The notes under the pieces were generated by a model. That model ran no database searches. It saw nothing but the letters and a program-made list of their open reading frames with translations, and was not told the DNA's origin. Below, piece after piece: positions 59,141 to 64,000 of a DNA stretch of 64,000 nucleotides; positions within the stretch are counted from its first letter, which is position 1; each line of letters begins with the position of its first letter. Position numbers and translations under genes: made by a program. Source of the DNA: an uncultured Acidobacteriota bacterium (lineage in GTDB: Bacteria; Acidobacteriota; Polarisedimenticolia; J045); NCBI GenBank assembly GCA_963702425.1, contig CAVPCQ010000018.1, positions 1 through 64,000 of the forward strand, written 5' to 3'.

Positions 59141-59899
59141 GTGCGCCGGGGTCGAGAGGGTTGGCGCGCGCGGGACGCCACGGCACACGCGGCGCGCGTG
59201 GCCTGCGCGCTGTCGTGCCTGGCCGCGCTGCTCCCGGCCGTCGCGGCGCCGCCGAGCGACGCCGAGCTGGCCCGGGCGGTCGCGCAGCGCTTCGCCGGGG
59301 CGAAAGGGCTCAGCCGCGAATCGCTGCGCGTGAGCGTCACGGACGGCGTCGCGGCGATCAGCGGCATCGTCTCGGACCTCTACCGCAGCTGGCGGGCGCG
59401 TGAAGTCGCAGGCGGGGTCCGCGGGATCGTCGAAATCGTCGACCGGACGACCGTGCGCGGTGCCGGGCGCCCCGACGCCGAGATCCTCCCGGCGGTGCAG
59501 GACGCGCTGCGGCAGGGCAAGGAGACCGCACGCCTGGCGCTCACGGCGACCGCCGATGCCGGCGTCGTCACCCTGTCCGGTACGATCAACGACGGCCGGC
59601 GCCGCTTCGACGCGCGTGACGCCGCGGCGCGCGTTCCCGGCGTGGTCGCGGTCGTCGATCGGATCGAGACCCCGGCGTCGGACGGCGAGCGCATCCGGCA
59701 GTGGGCCATGGCACAGCTCGACGGATCGGTCGGCGAGGGGGTCGAAGGGAACTACGAAGTGGCGGTCGCCGGAAGCGTCGTCACGCTGCGCGGAACGGCG
59801 CCGACGGTGCGGGACAAGGACCGTGCGGGACGCACCGTGCTGGGCCTCAACGGCGTGACGGGGCTGGTGGACGCGGTCACGGTCGTGCCGGGCTCCTGA
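59141..59899 (+). CDS. Triple-BON-domain protein, paralog of upstream gene
   Basis: Three BON repeats; RRRFDARDAAA matches RKRYDARDAAG in the upstream gene. Confidence 0.85.
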   Translation: MRRGREGWRARDATAHAARVACALSCLAALLPAVAAPPSDAELARAVAQRFAGAKGLSRESLRVSVTDGVAAISGIVSDLYRSWRAREVAGGVRGIVEIVDRTTVRGAGRPDAEILPAVQDALRQGKETARLALTATADAGVVTLSGTINDGRRRFDARDAAARVPGVVAVVDRIETPASDGERIRQWAMAQLDGSVGEGVEGNYEVAVAGSVVTLRGTAPTVRDKDRAGRTVLGLNGVTGLVDAVTVVPGS

Positions 59900-59925
59900 G
59901 CCCGCCGGCCGCCCGTCGCGTCGGG

Positions 59926-61098
59926 TCAGGCCTCGCGCAGCGCGGCGGTGATCGGGACGCGCGAGGCGCGGATCGCCGGCAGCAGGCCCCCGATCACGCC
60001 CAGCACCAGCGCCACCATCATCCCGATCAGCATCCCGCGCGGCGTGATCTTGAACGCGAACGAGAGCTGGCTGAACGAGGCCCCGGCGGTGGCCGCGGTA
60101 TAGCCCTCGAAGGGGAGCGTGAACAGGATCCCCAGCACGCCGCCGAGGAGCGCCAGGAAGACCGATTCGACCATCACGCCGAGCAGGATCGACAGGCGCG
60201 AGAAGCCGAGCGCGCGGAGTGTCCCGATCTCGCGCGTCCGGGCGCCGACGATTCCGTACATCGTGTTGATCACGCCGAACGCCGCACCGATCCCCAGGAT
60301 CACGGTGACGAAGTAGCCCAGGAGCAGGAGCGCCGTCCCGACGCCGCCGGCCTGGGCCTCGTAGTAGGCCTGTTCCTGCTTCATCTCGACCTGGAACCGC
60401 GGGTCCTTCGCCAGACCGTCGGCGAAGGCGGTCAGGGAGGATGGGTCCTTCAGCCGCAGCGTGACCGACTGCCAGCCGCCGGTCCGGTTGAAGGCCTGTC
60501 GCATCAGGTCGGCGTCGCCCCAGATCTCGCTTTCGAAGCCCGAGCCGTCGGCGGAGAAGACCCCGACCACCGTCCAGGGGCGGCGCTGCAGCGTGATCGT
60601 GTCGCCGATCTCGAGCCCGTCGAACTGGTCGAGCAGCCGCTTGCCGACGACGATCTCGCCCAGCCCGGGGGTGAAGTTGCGCCCCGACTCGATCTCGATG
60701 CCGTGGCGCACGGCGAACGCCCGCGCCGTGACGCCGCGCACCAGGACGTTGATCGCCGAGCCGTCGCTCCGGCGCTTGAGGGACGCGACGACGACCATCT
60801 CCGGGGAGGCGAGCGGCCGCCCGTCCGGTCCGCGCCGGACCCGGTCGTCGACCTCGATCAGGCTGGCGGCGTCGTTGCCGACGCCCGAGGTCAGCTCGGA
60901 GTTGGAGCCTTTCTGCACGACGATCGCGTTCTCGGGGATGCCGGTGGCCTTGAGCGTTGCGCGCAGCCCGGTGGACATCGCGACCAGCCAGCCCAGGACC
61001 CCGACCACGAGGCCGATGCCGAAGATCGCGAGCAGGCTGGTGCGCCAGCGCTGCAGCACGCTGCGCAGGTTGTAGGACCAGAGCAGCGAGAGCCTCAC
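59926..61098 (-). CDS. ABC transporter permease (MacB/FtsX-like)
   Basis: RTREIGTLRALGFS; four-TM layout with periplasmic domain; GTG 61098 overlaps upstream stop. Confidence 0.92.
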   Translation of the reverse strand: MRLSLLWSYNLRSVLQRWRTSLLAIFGIGLVVGVLGWLVAMSTGLRATLKATGIPENAIVVQKGSNSELTSGVGNDAASLIEVDDRVRRGPDGRPLASPEMVVVASLKRRSDGSAINVLVRGVTARAFAVRHGIEIESGRNFTPGLGEIVVGKRLLDQFDGLEIGDTITLQRRPWTVVGVFSADGSGFESEIWGDADLMRQAFNRTGGWQSVTLRLKDPSSLTAFADGLAKDPRFQVEMKQEQAYYEAQAGGVGTALLLLGYFVTVILGIGAAFGVINTMYGIVGARTREIGTLRALGFSRLSILLGVMVESVFLALLGGVLGILFTLPFEGYTAATAGASFSQLSFAFKITPRGMLIGMMVALVLGVIGGLLPAIRASRVPITAALREA

Positions 61099-62270
61099 AG
61101 CTGCCTCAGCGCGGTCGTGATCCGCTCGCGGTAGGCGAAGACCGCCGGCAGCAACCCGGCTGCCACGCCGAGCGCGACCGCGAGGCCGAACGCCAGCGCG
61201 CCCAGCTCCGGCGACAGGCCGCGGTCGGCCACGCCCCGGAAGATGTCCCCGATCATCGGGATCTTCGGCAGCAGGTGGATGAAGCGGTCGCCGAACACCA
61301 GCCCGAGGCCGCCGCCGAGCACGCCGAGGACCACCGCCTCGCCCAGCACCAGCCCCATCACCTTCCCGCTCGTGAAGCCGAGCGTCTTGAGCGTCGCGAT
61401 CTCCTTGCGCCGCTCGCGGACCGCCATGCTCATCGTGTTGGCGGTGACCAGCAGGATCGTGAAGGTCGTCGCCAGGCCGATCACCCGCAGCAGCAGGGAG
61501 ATGTTGCCGATCAGCGCGATGAAGCTGGCGCGGAAGGCCGCCTCGGTCTCGGTCCTGGTCTGCGACGAGGAGTTGTCGAACAGCGCGTCTACCTCGCGGC
61601 TGATCGAGCCCGCACGGGCCGGGTCGTCGATCTCGACGACGAAGGAACCCTTCCCGACGCGCCGGCCCGTGGACTCGTAGAGGTAGCGGAAGTGGAAGAA
61701 CATCTGCTGCAGGTTGGTGCCCGGGTAGCGGGCTTCGTCGCTTTCGTAGATCCCGCGGACCACGAACTCGAACGGCCGGCCGACCCGGTACGGTGGAATC
61801 GTCGACTCCATCTGGAAGACGTCGCCCACCTTCCAGCCGAAGCGGTCCGCCAGCTCGCGGCCGACCACGCAGCCGCGAGGGTCGCGCAGGAAGGCGTCCT
61901 TCTGCTCCGGCGCCAGGATGTACTCCGGGTAGATCGCCAGGTAGGGCTCGGCGTCGATCGCGAAGTTGGCGAAGAAGTTCTTGCGGTCCTGATAGATCCC
62001 GCCGAACCAGTTCGCGCCGGCGACGCGCCGCACCCCCGGGAGCGCGGCGATGCGCCCGCCGTAATAGATCGGGAGGTTGAACACGAGGCTGACCGCATTG
62101 CGCGTGATCAGTCGCTTGTCCGATGCGCTCTCGGTCGAGGAGTCGATCGCGTCGATCGCGGTCTCGAGCACGCAGAACAGGAAGATGCACAGCGCCATCG
62201 CCAGGACCGTGAGGACCGTCCGGAACCAGTTGTACCGGAGGTGCTTCAGGATGTAGGGGAGGAACCTCAT
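61095..62270 (-). CDS. ABC transporter permease (MacB/FtsX-like)
   Basis: NTMSMAVRERRKEIATLKTLGF. Confidence 0.92.
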   Translation of the reverse strand: MRFLPYILKHLRYNWFRTVLTVLAMALCIFLFCVLETAIDAIDSSTESASDKRLITRNAVSLVFNLPIYYGGRIAALPGVRRVAGANWFGGIYQDRKNFFANFAIDAEPYLAIYPEYILAPEQKDAFLRDPRGCVVGRELADRFGWKVGDVFQMESTIPPYRVGRPFEFVVRGIYESDEARYPGTNLQQMFFHFRYLYESTGRRVGKGSFVVEIDDPARAGSISREVDALFDNSSSQTRTETEAAFRASFIALIGNISLLLRVIGLATTFTILLVTANTMSMAVRERRKEIATLKTLGFTSGKVMGLVLGEAVVLGVLGGGLGLVFGDRFIHLLPKIPMIGDIFRGVADRGLSPELGALAFGLAVALGVAAGLLPAVFAYRERITTALRQL

Positions 62271-62271
62271 C

Positions 62272-62961
62272 TCAGACGACCAGGCGGCCCTTCTCGAGTT
62301 GGTAGCGGATGTGGGCGACCGCCGCCGCGCGGGGGTCGTGCGTGACCATGACGATCGTCTTCTCGAACTCCCGGTTGAGCGCCTCCATCAGGTGGAGCAC
62401 CTCGTCCGCGCTCTTCGAGTCGAGGTCGCCGGTCGGCTCGTCGGCGACCAGCACGGTCGGATCGGTCACGATCGCGCGGGCGATCGCGACGCGCTGCTCC
62501 TGGCCGCCCGAGAGCTGCCGCGGGTAGTGCTTGCTGCGGTCGGCGAGCCCGACGATCTCCAGCGCGGTCAGGGCGCGCTCGCGCCGCTCGCTCCGCGAGA
62601 AAGGCTGCAAGAGCAGCGGCAGCTCGACGTTCTCCAGCGCCGTGAGCACCGGGATCAGGTTGTAGAACTGAAAGATGAAGCCGACGTGGCGCGACCTCCA
62701 GTCGGCCAGGTCCCCCTCGCCGAGCGTCGTCACGTCGGTGCCGCCGACGATCACCGCTCCCGAGGTCGGCCGGTCGATCCCCGCGATCAGGTTGAGCAGC
62801 GTCGTCTTGCCCGAGCCGGACGGTCCCATCAGTGCCACGAACTCGCCCCGCGGGACGTCCAGCGTCAACCCGTCGAGGACGAGGATCTCCTCGGCGCCGC
62901 GCCGGTAGATCTTGCGGACCTCCCGGACCTCGACCTCGGCCGTCGCGGCCGCCCCGGTCAT
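62272..62961 (-). CDS. ABC transporter ATP-binding protein (LolD/MacB-like)
   Basis: [31 protein letters not shown]. Confidence 0.96.
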   Translation of the reverse strand: MTGAAATAEVEVREVRKIYRRGAEEILVLDGLTLDVPRGEFVALMGPSGSGKTTLLNLIAGIDRPTSGAVIVGGTDVTTLGEGDLADWRSRHVGFIFQFYNLIPVLTALENVELPLLLQPFSRSERRERALTALEIVGLADRSKHYPRQLSGGQEQRVAIARAIVTDPTVLVADEPTGDLDSKSADEVLHLMEALNREFEKTIVMVTHDPRAAAVAHIRYQLEKGRLVV

Positions 62962-62965
62962 CGCG

Positions 62966-64000
62966 TCACCGGGCCTTGATCGCGACTGCCTCGCCGCTCT
63001 TCAGCGTGGCCGCCGGCCGCAGCACGATCGTCTCGCTCCCGGCGAGGCCGCCCGTCACGACGACGTCGCCGCCCGGCCGCGTCTCGCCGGTGGTCACCGG
63101 GACGCTGCGCAGCGCCGGCTTCCCCGCCCCGTCCTCGACGACCCAGACCGAGGTCGCCGCGCCGGACTTGACCAACGCGTCCGCCGGAACCCGGATTTCC
63201 GGCCGGGTCGGTACCGGCTCTCCCTCCACCTGCTGCGAGAGGAAGTCCGCGCGCGCGCTCATCTCGGGCTTGAGGTTCGGGTCCTTGTCGACCAGTGTCA
63301 CGCGCACGAGCACCGTCGCCTTGGTGCGGTCGGCGGAGGGGATGATCTGGCGCAGCAGGCCCTTGTACCTGCGGTCCGGGAAGGCCTCGACCGTCACCTG
63401 CGCCGGCTGCTCGACGACCAGCTTCGAGACGTTGGCCTCGCCGACGTCGACCTCCGCCTCCAGCGTATCGAGGTCGGCCAGCGCGACGATCGCCCCGGAG
63501 GCGGTCGAAATGTTCACGCCCGGAGGGATCGGCGCGACGCTCTCGCCGACCTCCGCCATCTTGCGGACGACGGTGCCGGTGAACGGCGCGCGGATGACCG
63601 TATTGGAGAGGTTGGCCTCGGCCAGCTCGCGGTCGCCCTGGGCCACCGCGAGCTCGGCTTTCGCCTGGTCGACGGCCGCGTGTCCGATCGCGACCCGGGC
63701 CGCGGCGGCCTCCTTGTCGTCGACCGCGGCCACCCCCTGCTCGACCAGCTCGGTCGCCTTGCGCAGCTGCCGCTCGAACTCGGAGAGGTCGGCCGCGGCG
63801 CGCTGGATCGTCGCCTGCGCCCGTTGGATCGAGGCGTTCGACCGCGCCATCTGGGCCTCGAAGTCGCGGCTTTCGAGGCGCGCGATGACCTCGCCTTCGG
63901 CGACGCGGCTCCCTTCCTCGACCCGCAGCTCCGACAGCCGTCCCTGGATCTTCGACGACACGATCGCGCGGCGGCGCGGCACCAGGTAGCCCGAGGCGGT
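62966..64000 (-). CDS. Efflux periplasmic adaptor (membrane fusion protein), 5' end outside window
   Basis: VEEGSRV..GEVIARL, IRAPFTGTV, LKPEMSA; frame open to window edge. Confidence 0.9.
   Translation of the reverse strand, partial: TASGYLVPRRRAIVSSKIQGRLSELRVEEGSRVAEGEVIARLESRDFEAQMARSNASIQRAQATIQRAAADLSEFERQLRKATELVEQGVAAVDDKEAAAARVAIGHAAVDQAKAELAVAQGDRELAEANLSNTVIRAPFTGTVVRKMAEVGESVAPIPPGVNISTASGAIVALADLDTLEAEVDVGEANVSKLVVEQPAQVTVEAFPDRRYKGLLRQIIPSADRTKATVLVRVTLVDKDPNLKPEMSARADFLSQQVEGEPVPTRPEIRVPADALVKSGAATSVWVVEDGAGKPALRSVPVTTGETRPGGDVVVTGGLAGSETIVLRPAATLKSGEAVAIKAR

Overview
High-GC bacterial chromosomal window; the gene content (MopE/dockerin-repeat exoproteins, propeller sensor kinase, DUF1570-TPR, hexaheme NapC-type cytochrome) suggests Acidobacteriota, which is inference only. 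It has three parts. (1) 1-6.7 kb: a cell-envelope operon (ARPP-1/DUF6569 lipoprotein, L,D-transpeptidase, phosphodiester glycosidase, conserved hypothetical) divergent from an OmpR-type two-component system, with a tandem-repeat operator between them. (2) About 6.7-27.5 kb: a mosaic accessory region with five IS91/ISCR-type end relics and no intact transposase, two decayed integrase-core IS copies bracketing a PrdB/GrdB-like selenoprotein gene (in-frame UGA plus SECIS-like hairpin), gene fragments, and three unrelated secreted proteins sharing a C-terminal domain that I cannot name. (3) About 27.6-64 kb: core-like genes (gltS, Met/Cys PLP lyase, epmA-efp-epmB, yceI, fahA, mgtE, a giant surface protein, a kinase-pseudokinase, a multiheme cytochrome, ribA, atl, rmuC, BON proteins, a MacAB-type ABC exporter) with three GTAG-REP clusters whose GTAG tags supply the TAG stop codon of all five adjoining gene ends. 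No rRNA, tRNA or CRISPR array was seen. All family assignments are from motif recognition, not database searches.
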